NCBI GenBank assembly: GCA_963773695.1
Contig: CAVZCE010000007.1
Location: 71,325 to 135,324 of the forward strand
Length of the DNA stretch: 64,000 nt
DNA from: an uncultured Chloroflexia bacterium
GTDB lineage: Bacteria; Chloroflexota; Limnocylindria; QHBO01
Direction: 5' to 3'
In this document: positions 23,121-31,481 of the stretch, one piece after another
How positions within the stretch are numbered: position 1 is the stretch's first letter
Layout of the letters: each line of letters starts with the position of its first letter
Program-made: the position numbers and the translations under genes
Notes under the pieces: generated by a model
Seen by the model: only the letters and a program-made list of their open reading frames with translations
Told to the model about the DNA's origin: nothing
The model's database searches: none

Positions 23121-24706
23121 CTCGCGCCCCCCGGCGTCTCCACGGTCTCCGGCAGCTCCGTCCGCGGGAAGAGCGGCGACGCCTGGCCGGTCTGCCAGCG
23201 ATCCGGACCGCCACCCCAGGCGAGCAGGGTCTCCAGCCCCGGACCCCCGGCGCCCCGTCCGTCGTAGGGCTGCGGCGTGCCGAGCTGGTCGGCGAGACGC
23301 CGCGCCGCCGTCGGCGTGAAGGGCGCCATCAGGTGGCCGAGGATCCGGCACACCTCGGCCATGACCGAGAGGACCTCCCGGACCCGCTCGTGGTCCCCCG
23401 CCCGATTGAGGCTCCAGGGCGCCTGGGACTCCGCGTATCCGTTGCCCGCGCGCGTCAGCTCCATCGTCGCCGCCAGCGCCTCGTCGAAGTGCAGCGCCTG
23501 CATCGCGCCGTGATACGCCGCCACCGCGCGCTCGGCGCTGGCGCGGATCTCCACGTCGGCCGGACGCCCTGCCGCCGGCACCGGCGGGAGGTCGCCATCG
23601 GCATACCGGGCGCTCATGCTCACCGCGCGGTTGACCAGGTTTCCCAGGTCGTTCGCCAGGTCGGCGTTGTAGCGCCGGACGAGCCCCTCCACGGTGATGT
23701 CCCCGTCGCGGTCGAACGGGATCTCCCGCAGCACGAGATAGCGGGTGCCGTCGACGCCGAAGAGACGCACGGCGTCGTCCGGGTCGAGGACGTTGCCACG
23801 GGTCTTCGACATCTTCTCGCCGCGCAGCAGCATGAACCCGTGGGCGAAGACCCGGCGCGGGAGCGGGAGCCCGGCACTCATCAGCATGGCGGGCCAGTAG
23901 AGGCAATGGAAGCGGGTGATGTTCTTGCCGATGACGTGGACGTCTGCCGGCCACCAGCGCGCGAACATCTCCGCGTCGTCGGGGAAGCCGGCCCCGGTCA
24001 CGTAGTTGGTGAGGGCGTCGAACCAGACGTAGATGCGGTGGTCCGGATCGTCCGGGAAGGGGATCCCCCACTCCGTGCCTGCGCGGCTGATGGAGAAGTC
24101 GCGCAGCCCCTCCCGCAGCCAGGCGAGCACCTCGTTGCGGAAGTGCTCCGGCTCGCAGAAGTGCGGGTCCTCCCGGTAGAGCTTCTCGAGCCGCTGCTGG
24201 TAGGCGGAGAGCCGGAAGAAGTAGTTCTCCTCCTCGAGCCACTGCAGGTCGAGGGTGGGATGGTCCGGGCAGCGACCGTCGACAAGCTGGGAATCGGTCT
24301 TGAACTCGTTGTCCCCGGGGCAGTACCAGCCCGAGTAGACGCCCTTGTAGATATCGCCGTTGGCGCGGGCACGACGGATCATCTCCACCGAGGCCCGGAC
24401 GTGGTCCGGGTCAGTCGTGCGGATGAAGCGGTCGTAGCTGATCTCGAACCGATCGAATCCCTCGCGCCAGGCGGGTGCCCAGCCGTCCACGAGGCGCCGG
24501 GGATCGGTCCCATGCTGCCGCGCGAGCGGCTCGACCTGCGCCGAGTGCTCGTCCATGCCGGTCAGGAACCGCGTCTCGTCGCCGAGCAGGCGGTGATAGC
24601 GGGCCAGGACGTCCGTGCCGATCACCTCGAAGAGGGAGTGGAGCGGCGGACGCGGGGCCGGATAGAAGATCGCGGTGGTCACGTAGAAGCGGTTTGGATC
24701 GCGCAT
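23117..24706 (-). CDS. metG: methionyl-tRNA synthetase (short form, no C-terminal EMAPII-like domain)
   Basis: 530 aa; class I signatures and KMSKS (KMSKTRGN); anticodon-binding domain present. Confidence 0.9.
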   Translation of the reverse strand: MRDPNRFYVTTAIFYPAPRPPLHSLFEVIGTDVLARYHRLLGDETRFLTGMDEHSAQVEPLARQHGTDPRRLVDGWAPAWREGFDRFEISYDRFIRTTDPDHVRASVEMIRRARANGDIYKGVYSGWYCPGDNEFKTDSQLVDGRCPDHPTLDLQWLEEENYFFRLSAYQQRLEKLYREDPHFCEPEHFRNEVLAWLREGLRDFSISRAGTEWGIPFPDDPDHRIYVWFDALTNYVTGAGFPDDAEMFARWWPADVHVIGKNITRFHCLYWPAMLMSAGLPLPRRVFAHGFMLLRGEKMSKTRGNVLDPDDAVRLFGVDGTRYLVLREIPFDRDGDITVEGLVRRYNADLANDLGNLVNRAVSMSARYADGDLPPVPAAGRPADVEIRASAERAVAAYHGAMQALHFDEALAATMELTRAGNGYAESQAPWSLNRAGDHERVREVLSVMAEVCRILGHLMAPFTPTAARRLADQLGTPQPYDGRGAGGPGLETLLAWGGGPDRWQTGQASPLFPRTELPETVETPGGAS

Positions 24707-24753
24707 GGTCGGCCGCGATTCTACCCGCCGCGAGGCTACACTTGGGTTTGAAG

Positions 24754-25581
24754 ATGAACCATCCCGAACCGGACACCCGGGCCATCGAGGCAGATCACCC
24801 CGCCTACAACGCCACCCTCGTGCGGCGGGTGGACGAGACCGATGACCTCGGCTACTTCTGGGTCCGCTTCGATGACGAGGCGACCCCCTTCGAGCCCGGC
24901 CAGTACATGACGATCGGCGTCTACGCCGACGGCAAGATCGTGCAGCGTCCCTACTCGGTGGCATCCGCTCCGCGCGAGGCGGGCGGAACCGGGTACGAGT
25001 TCTACGTGAAGCTCGTGCCGATCCTGCGCTTCACGACGCTCCTCTGGCGCCTGCCGGTGGGGCACCGCATGCGGATGATCGGACCCAAGGGCAAGTTCAT
25101 GCTCGAGCCCGATGACGCGCGCACCCACCTGTTCGTCTCGACGGGCACGGGGATCGCGCCCTTCATCGCCATGATGCGCGAGACCCTGGCGGCCGGAGCC
25201 CCGCGACGGACGGTCCTGCTCCATGGCTGCTCCTACGCGGAGGAGCTCGGCTACGCCGACCTGCTCCGCTCCTGGGAGGCGGACGGCACCTATCCGCTCC
25301 ACTACGTGCCGACCGTGTCGCGGCCGAACGATCCGCGCAACGCGGCCTGGAGTGGACGGACCGGGCGCGTGGAGTCGATCGTGGAGTCGGTGAGCGCCGA
25401 GCTCGGCCTGGAGCCGGACCGGACCGTGGTCTACATCTGCGGGAACCCGGAGATGATCATCAACGCCGAGCGCATCCTGCTGGACGCGGGCTTCCCGGAG
25501 TTCCACGTCAAGAAGGAGCTCTACTGGCCCAAGGGGAAGACTGCCGCCCCCGCGGAGGCCCCGGCGGAGGCCACCGCCTAG
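24754..25581 (+). CDS. ferredoxin-NADP(+) reductase-type FAD/NAD(P)-binding oxidoreductase
   Basis: 275 aa; RPYSVAS FAD-binding motif and GTGIAPF NAD(P)-binding motif. Confidence 0.75.
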   Translation: MNHPEPDTRAIEADHPAYNATLVRRVDETDDLGYFWVRFDDEATPFEPGQYMTIGVYADGKIVQRPYSVASAPREAGGTGYEFYVKLVPILRFTTLLWRLPVGHRMRMIGPKGKFMLEPDDARTHLFVSTGTGIAPFIAMMRETLAAGAPRRTVLLHGCSYAEELGYADLLRSWEADGTYPLHYVPTVSRPNDPRNAAWSGRTGRVESIVESVSAELGLEPDRTVVYICGNPEMIINAERILLDAGFPEFHVKKELYWPKGKTAAPAEAPAEATA

Positions 25582-25752
25582 CGCCATCGCGACTCCATCC
25601 CGTTCGGCGGGGAAGGCGATCCCGAACCTCGCGGTCGACCCGTCCCACCGGGTGATGACCTTCGGCCCGCCAAATCCGTGCGCTCTGGTGCATGAGTGCG
25701 CACATGCGGAGGTTCACCATGGACCCAGGTCAATCCGCGATGCAGGAGCCTC

Positions 25753-26619
25753 ATGCACACGATCCGGGCGAAGGACCACCTCTCTCCGAACGTCTGGCGC
25801 CTCGTCGTCGATGCGCCGCGCATCGCGGCCATCCGTCGACCCGGCCAGTTCGTCATCGTTCACCTCGGCCCCCGATCCGAGCGGATCCCGCTCACGATCG
25901 CCGACGCTGATGCGGCGGCGGGCACGATCAGCCTCGTGATCCAGTCGGTCGGCAAGAGCACCTACGACCTCGTCGAGCTGGAGCCGGGTGATGCCATCGC
26001 CGACATCGCCGGGCCCCTCGGCCGCGCAACGGAGCTCCCCGACTCCGGCCACGCCCTGTGCGTGGGCGGGGGTGTCGGGACCGCCGTGATCCTTCCCATC
26101 GCCCAGGAGCTGCAGCGACGCGGCGTCCGCGTCACCTCGATCATCGGCGGCCGCTCGCGCGAGTGGGTCATCCTGGAAGAGGAGCTGCGCGCGGCGGGCG
26201 ACGTGGTGACCTGCACGGACGACGGCAGCTACGGTCGTCCCGGATTCGTCACCGAGGCGCTCAGGGACGCCCTGGACGCCGGAGGGATCGACGCGGTCTA
26301 CGCGGTCGGGCCGGTCCCCATGATGCGGGCCTGCTCCGAGCTCACGCGCCCCTACGAGGTGCCCACGACGGTGTCCCTCAACGCGATCATGCTCGACGGC
26401 ACCGGGATGTGCGGTGGCTGCCGGGTCAGCATCGACGGCGAGACCCGCTACGCCTGCGTGGACGGCCCGGAGTTCGACGGGCACCAGGTCGATTTCCGGG
26501 CTCTCTCGGATCGGCTGAGCACGTACCGGAGCTTCGAGCAGGAAGCGCTGGCCAGGCGCGAAGCGTGTCGGGTGCAGGCTTCGGCGGAAGCCGCCGCGCC
26601 GATGGAGGTGCGGTCATGA
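25753..26619 (+). CDS. PyrK-like FAD/[2Fe-2S] electron-transfer subunit (NfnA/SudB-type)
   Basis: 288 aa; PyrK/dihydroorotate dehydrogenase electron-transfer subunit-like with a C-terminal Cys cluster (CGGCRVSIDGETRYACVDGPEF); ATGA overlap with the next gene. Confidence 0.7.
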   Translation: MHTIRAKDHLSPNVWRLVVDAPRIAAIRRPGQFVIVHLGPRSERIPLTIADADAAAGTISLVIQSVGKSTYDLVELEPGDAIADIAGPLGRATELPDSGHALCVGGGVGTAVILPIAQELQRRGVRVTSIIGGRSREWVILEEELRAAGDVVTCTDDGSYGRPGFVTEALRDALDAGGIDAVYAVGPVPMMRACSELTRPYEVPTTVSLNAIMLDGTGMCGGCRVSIDGETRYACVDGPEFDGHQVDFRALSDRLSTYRSFEQEALARREACRVQASAEAAAPMEVRS

Positions 26620-28094
26620 CCGAGCAGCGACCACCGCTGAGCAAGAAGGAGCGGATGGCGATCGACCGGGTGCTGATGCCCGAGCAGGACCCCGACCTGC
26701 GCGCCACCAACTTCCTCGAGGTGAACCAGGGCCTCACCTACCAGCTCGCCCTGCTGGAGGCGGAACGCTGCCTGGAGTGCCCCAAGGAGTACTGCATCGA
26801 GGGCTGCCCGGTCTCGGTGAACATCCCCCGCTTCATTCGCCTCCTGCGCGACGGCGACATCGCCGGGGCGGCGAACTCGCTGCTCGGCGATAACGCGCTC
26901 CCCTGCGTCACCGGCCGGGTGTGCCCCCAGGAGACCCAGTGCGAGGCGGTCTGCCTGCGCGGGAAGACCGGCAAGCCGGTCGCCATCGGGTACCTGGAGC
27001 GGTTCGTCGCCGACTGGGCGCAGGAGCACGCCGACCAGCTCGAGCACGCGACCGCCATCCGCACCCGGAAGAACGTGGCAATCATCGGCTCCGGACCGGC
27101 CGGCCTGACCGCTGCCGGCGAGCTCGCCAGACGGGGGCACGAGGTGACGATCTTCGAGGCGTTCCACGCCGCGGGCGGCGTCCTCATCTACGGCATCCCC
27201 GAGTTCCGGCTCCCCAAGGACATCGTCCAGGCCGAGGTCGATCGCCTCAAGGAGATGGGGGTCCGGATCGAGGCCAACGCCATCATCGGCAAGACCTACA
27301 CCCTGCCGGAGCTCCGTGAGCAGTTCGACGCGATCTTCGTCGCGGTGGGCGCCGGCCTGCCGGTCTTCATGAACGTGGCCGGCGAGAACCTCAAGGGCGT
27401 CTACTCCGCGAACGAGTACCTGACCCGGGTGAACCTCATGGGCGCCTGGACCGCGGATTCCGACACTCCCGTCCTCCACGGCCGGAGGGTGGCGGTGGTG
27501 GGCGGCGGGAACGTGGCCATGGACTCGGTGCGCACGGCGCGGCGCCTCGGCGCAGCGGAGGCGACGATCGTGTATCGCCGCGGCCGCGAGGAGCTGCCGG
27601 CGCGGATCGAGGAGGTCCATCACGCGGAGGCGGAGGGAGTCGAGTTCAGGTTCCAGGTGGCGCCGGTCGAGGTGATCGGCGATGAGCAGGGCTGGGTCAC
27701 CGGCCTGCGCTGCGTGGAGATGGCGCTCGGCGAGCCGGACGCGTCCGGCCGGCGCCGGCCCGAGCCGATCCCCGGCTCCGAGTTCGACCTCGCGTGCGAC
27801 ATGGTCGTCGTCGCCATCGGCACGCGGGCCAATCCCATCCTCACGAGCAGCGCCCCCGACCTCGCGGTCAACGAGCGCGGCTACCTGCAGACCGATGAGC
27901 ACGGCATGACCTCCATGCCCGGCGTCTTCGCGGGCGGGGACATCGTGCGCGGCGCGGCCACGGTCATCCTCGCCATGGGCGACGGCAAGCGAGCCGCGCG
28001 CGCCATCGACGCATATCTGGCCGGCACCTACCCGCCGCCGGGCGAGGAGGCGGAGGCGGCGAAGGGCCGACACCACCCCGTCGCCGCCGGCTGA
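26616..28094 (+). CDS. GltD-like NAD(P)H-dependent oxidoreductase (glutamate synthase small-subunit homolog, NfnB/SudA-type)
   Basis: 492 aa; N-terminal 2x[4Fe-4S]-type Cys motifs (CLECPKEYCIEGCP, CPQETQCEAVC), two dinucleotide-binding GxGxxG motifs (IIGSGPAGL, VVGGGNVAMD). Confidence 0.8.
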   Translation: MTEQRPPLSKKERMAIDRVLMPEQDPDLRATNFLEVNQGLTYQLALLEAERCLECPKEYCIEGCPVSVNIPRFIRLLRDGDIAGAANSLLGDNALPCVTGRVCPQETQCEAVCLRGKTGKPVAIGYLERFVADWAQEHADQLEHATAIRTRKNVAIIGSGPAGLTAAGELARRGHEVTIFEAFHAAGGVLIYGIPEFRLPKDIVQAEVDRLKEMGVRIEANAIIGKTYTLPELREQFDAIFVAVGAGLPVFMNVAGENLKGVYSANEYLTRVNLMGAWTADSDTPVLHGRRVAVVGGGNVAMDSVRTARRLGAAEATIVYRRGREELPARIEEVHHAEAEGVEFRFQVAPVEVIGDEQGWVTGLRCVEMALGEPDASGRRRPEPIPGSEFDLACDMVVVAIGTRANPILTSSAPDLAVNERGYLQTDEHGMTSMPGVFAGGDIVRGAATVILAMGDGKRAARAIDAYLAGTYPPPGEEAEAAKGRHHPVAAG

Positions 28095-28113
28095 GCGCAG
28101 GGGGCCGGCCGGG

Positions 28114-28257
28114 TCAGGGCGCGGCGCTGCTCTGTACCTGTCCCGAGCCTGCCGGCTCGGCACGCAGCCATCCGCCACCGGTGGTCAGCCATCCACCGAT
28201 GGCGAAGACCACCACCACGATGGCGATGATGGCGATCACGAGGTAGAGCCGTCTCAT
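28114..28257 (-). CDS. 47-aa single-TM peptide immediately downstream of the secreted Cys-rich protein
   Basis: MRRLYLVIAIIAIVVVVFAIGGWLTTGGGWLRAEPAGSGQVQSSAAP; starts 5 nt after the upstream gene stop; below the ORF-track size cutoff. Confidence 0.35.
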   Translation of the reverse strand: MRRLYLVIAIIAIVVVVFAIGGWLTTGGGWLRAEPAGSGQVQSSAAP

Positions 28258-28261
28258 CTCA

Positions 28262-28945
28262 TCACCATGCGAAGAAGCCGTACTGGGTGCCCGTGTAGGG
28301 GTTGAAGCCGTTGCGCGCGCCGTGCGTGAACGACACGGGCGTGCCGTTGGTCACCGCCGACACCGTGATGTTGAGGCCCATGTTCGTCGACGTGTATCCG
28401 TACCACGCCCAGGTGCGCGGATAGGCGCCGCACCAGCCGGTCGTCACCGTGTAGCCGATGCCGTGCGAATCACAGGTGACGGAGGTCCACATCACGCGGC
28501 CACAGCTGTCACCGTACCCGGTCGCATTGGCCGTCGCCGACCAGAAGACGCCCCAGAACAGCGACTGCACGGTCGCGGTCAGGCTCCTGATCACCCAGGT
28601 CGTCGTGCAACCGGTCGAGGACGCGGCGGCCTGGTCGTTTGACAGGCCGGTCGACAGCGGTCGCGTCCTGACGGGAACCGCGTCGACGGTGAGCCTGAGC
28701 ACCGCCGCGCAGGTGGCGGCCCGTGTGCTCGATGGCGCCGCAGCTCCCGCGGCACGGGCCATCACCGCGCATTCGGCGGTGGAGATCGCCACCTGGCGCG
28801 TCAGGGTTGCATGGGCGGGCTGTGCGCCCCCATTCGGGGTCGCCGCGGCCACGCTCGGAGCCAGGACCAGCATGGGGGCAACGACGAGCGAGACGGCCAT
28901 GGCACTCGGCATCAGGCGCCGGGCGGCACGAAGCAGGTTTCTCAT
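28262..28945 (-). CDS. secreted hypothetical protein, Cys-, Trp-, Tyr-, Thr- and Gly-rich
   Basis: 227 aa; signal peptide MRNLLRAARRLMPSAMAVSLVVAPMLVLAPSVAAA; mature part has 6 Cys and a WAWYGYTSTNMG...GFNPYTGTQYGFFAW C-terminus; no recognisable family. Confidence 0.55.
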   Translation of the reverse strand: MRNLLRAARRLMPSAMAVSLVVAPMLVLAPSVAAATPNGGAQPAHATLTRQVAISTAECAVMARAAGAAAPSSTRAATCAAVLRLTVDAVPVRTRPLSTGLSNDQAAASSTGCTTTWVIRSLTATVQSLFWGVFWSATANATGYGDSCGRVMWTSVTCDSHGIGYTVTTGWCGAYPRTWAWYGYTSTNMGLNITVSAVTNGTPVSFTHGARNGFNPYTGTQYGFFAW

Positions 28946-29065
28946 CAGGGAGTCTCCTCGAGAACGAAGTCGTGGGACTCCGGTGGCCGGGCCGGGTTCC
29001 ATGGCCCGGCCACCATGGACGCACAGCGGTTCGCGGACCGCCGGAGCGTGTGAAGACGAGGCGTC

Positions 29066-29503
29066 TCACATGGCGATGGCGAGCTCCTCCTCCCCGGACT
29101 CACCGGTCCCGTCGGCCCCGTCGCCGGGCGACGTGCCCGCGGGCGCGTCGGTCGTCACCGCGGCCTGGACCTCACGCGCGTACTCCTTCTTGCCGCGTCC
29201 CGAGAGCATCTCCAGGGAGCCTGCCACGACCTCCGTCTTCCAGTGACGAATCCCCGCGTCGTCGTCCCACTGGCGGGTCTGGAGCCGGCCCTCGATGTCC
29301 ACGAGCTGTCCCTTGGAAAGGAACTGGCCGCAGATCTCGGCGAGGCGATCCCAGGCCACCACGTTGTGGTATTCCGTCCGCTCATTGCCGGCCCCGCGGT
29401 ATTCGTTCGTGGCCACCACGAACGTCGCGAGCGGTTTTCCGCTCGGGAGGGACCGCAGCTCGGGGTCCCTCGTCAACCGCCCGACGAGCATCACCTTGTT
29501 CAT
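29066..29503 (-). CDS. ssb: single-stranded DNA-binding protein (paralog with an atypical C-terminal tail)
   Basis: 145 aa; OB-fold N-terminus (MNKVMLVGRLTRDPELRSLPSGKPLATFVVATN...NVVAWDRLAE...LVDIEGRLQTRQWDD); C-terminus ends GESGEEELAIAM rather than the canonical DDDIPF. Confidence 0.8.
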   Translation of the reverse strand: MNKVMLVGRLTRDPELRSLPSGKPLATFVVATNEYRGAGNERTEYHNVVAWDRLAEICGQFLSKGQLVDIEGRLQTRQWDDDAGIRHWKTEVVAGSLEMLSGRGKKEYAREVQAAVTTDAPAGTSPGDGADGTGESGEEELAIAM

Positions 29504-29662
29504 GAAACCGCACCTCCTGCCCGCTTCCCGGGCTCCAGAGCGGACCGGGCGAGGCGGTCGCTCGCCGAGGACGGTAGCGGCGCACGCTTACCGCCCGGTT
29601 AGAGGTGGCTTATCGGGTCCTGCTCGCCGGCGATCTGCACGGTCCACTCCCCGCGCGACGCG

Positions 29663-30535
29663 TCAGGCCGGCCGGCGAGATCCGGGGCGCCGGCGGGGGT
29701 AGAGGTGGTCGATGCCCGGGGTCCTCAGGCTGATCTTCGCCACCGGCGGCGTCTGCCGCTTGAACTCCATCCGGGCGAGGCGGCGGTCAACCCACGCCAC
29801 GAGCTCGCGGGGCATGCCTGCCGCCACGCAGCGCTCCACGCTCCAGCGGCGATCGACGAGCGCGAAGAGCGCGCGGTCGAGCTCCTCGTACGACCGTCCG
29901 AGCTCGCCCTCATCGGTCTGGCCGGGCCACAGATCGGCCGATGGCGGCTTCGCCACGATCTCGGGCGGGACACCCAGCCCCTCCGCCACGGCGCGCAGCT
30001 GGGTCTTGTACAGGTCGCCAATGGGAGCGAAGGCACAGGCCATGTCGCCGTAGAGGGTCCCGTAGCCAAGGAGCGCCTCGGTCTTGTTCGAGGTGCCCGC
30101 GACGAGGGCATCGAACCCGGCCGAGCGGTCGTACAGAACGATCATGCGCTGGCGGGCCATGACGTTGCCACGTCGGATCCGGAGCTCCGGGGTCTCGCCG
30201 TCGGGGATGAGCGCGAGCATCGGCTCGACCATGGGCGTGATCGCGACCCGCTCGGTGCGGCAGCCGAGCGCCTCCACGACGCGCAACGCATCCTCCTCCG
30301 AGGACGCGGAGCTGGTGCGGTACGGCATGCGCAGCCCCAGCAGGTTCTCCGGTCCCACCGCGCGCGCGGACAGGAAGGCGACGGTGGCCGAATCGACGCC
30401 GCCGGAGAGGCCGACGACCAGGCGCTCGAACCCGGTCTGCGCCATCTGGGAGCGGATGAAGCCGATGATCACCTCGGTGGTTCGGGCTGGATCGATCTCG
30501 GGGAGCGGTGCGGCATCCGGACCGGGCCTGCTCAC
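29663..30535 (-). CDS. nadE: NAD(+) synthetase, synthetase domain only
   Basis: 290 aa; PP-loop SGGVDSA, NadE family; 4-nt overlap with the upstream nitrilase-family gene. Confidence 0.85.
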   Translation of the reverse strand: MSRPGPDAAPLPEIDPARTTEVIIGFIRSQMAQTGFERLVVGLSGGVDSATVAFLSARAVGPENLLGLRMPYRTSSASSEEDALRVVEALGCRTERVAITPMVEPMLALIPDGETPELRIRRGNVMARQRMIVLYDRSAGFDALVAGTSNKTEALLGYGTLYGDMACAFAPIGDLYKTQLRAVAEGLGVPPEIVAKPPSADLWPGQTDEGELGRSYEELDRALFALVDRRWSVERCVAAGMPRELVAWVDRRLARMEFKRQTPPVAKISLRTPGIDHLYPRRRPGSRRPA

Positions 30536-31425
30536 GGGACGGCGCCGCCATCGTGCTCGGGCTGCGGCAGCCCGGCACGCTCCCCCACGATCCGGTCGAC
30601 CTCGCGTCGAACGAGCTCCAGGCGCTCGTCGGCGAGGAGCGGCAGCTGGTAGCGCTGGACGCGGATGTCATCGCTCTCGACGCTCCCGATCACCAGGGCC
30701 TCCTCGTAGAGCGGCCCCTCCGCGATCGTGGCGCCGTCTGCCCCGAGCAGGCGCGATCCGCCCCAGAAGGTGAGGCCCTCCTCGTTCCCGACCCGGTTGC
30801 AGAAGGCGATGGCCACCGTGCCCAGCAGGGCATAGGCGTCCTGCATCGAGCGCCAGCCGGCGATGGCCTGCATCCCGGCCGCCGAGCCGGGAGCCCGGGC
30901 CGGACCGGCGGCCACGTTGACGAGAAGCGAGGCCCCGTCCTGGGCCTGGAGCATGGGGACGAACGGGTGCCAGAAGTCCTCGCACACCGAGAGGCCGATG
31001 CGGCCGAGCGGAGGCCCCACGGCATGGGTCCGGATGCGGTCGCCGGCACGGGTGAAGCGCCCCTCGTCGAAGAGCCCGTAGGTCGGCAGGTAGAGCTTGC
31101 GATGCAGCCCGACAAGGTCCCCGTCGCGCAGCAGTGCGACGCTGTTGCAGTAGCGATGGTCCTCCGTCTCCTCGACGAAGCCGATGGCGACCAGCACGCC
31201 GGGCGCCATGCGTGCCAGCTCGGCCAGCCGCGGCTCCCCGGCACGCATCGCGACCTCGGGGACGAGATCCTGCAGGAGATAGCCGGTCAGCGCGAGCTCG
31301 GGGAACGCGACGAGTGCGGCGCCATCGTCGGCGGCGCGCCGCAGCCATCTGGCGGCGAGTTCCAGGTTCGCGTCGACCTCGCCGAGGTGCGGGGCGAGCT
31401 GTGCCAGCGCGATGCGGTACTCCAC
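30532..31425 (-). CDS. carbon-nitrogen hydrolase (nitrilase superfamily); likely the glutaminase subunit for NadE
   Basis: 297 aa; catalytic E-K-C pattern (AFPEL...RKLYLP...SVCEDFWHP); translationally coupled to nadE. Confidence 0.8.
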   Translation of the reverse strand: MEYRIALAQLAPHLGEVDANLELAARWLRRAADDGAALVAFPELALTGYLLQDLVPEVAMRAGEPRLAELARMAPGVLVAIGFVEETEDHRYCNSVALLRDGDLVGLHRKLYLPTYGLFDEGRFTRAGDRIRTHAVGPPLGRIGLSVCEDFWHPFVPMLQAQDGASLLVNVAAGPARAPGSAAGMQAIAGWRSMQDAYALLGTVAIAFCNRVGNEEGLTFWGGSRLLGADGATIAEGPLYEEALVIGSVESDDIRVQRYQLPLLADERLELVRREVDRIVGERAGLPQPEHDGGAVP

Positions 31426-31481
31426 GCCGTCAGCCTAGCCTACGCGAGGGCGCCGTGCCCGGCCCCGACGGCCCCGGGAAG

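Noticed and set aside
22311-24242. 643-aa ORF implying a large N-terminal extension on TatD
   Set aside because: The TatD domain only begins at about 23120. The upstream part is an alternative frame of metG (23117..24706), which has clear class I aaRS motifs.
25697-25714. Rex-type operator upstream of nfnA
   Set aside because: The near-palindrome GCATGAGTGCGCACATGC does not match the TTGTGAA-N6-TTCACAA Rex consensus. Kept only as a weak candidate operator inside the FNR/NfnAB finding.
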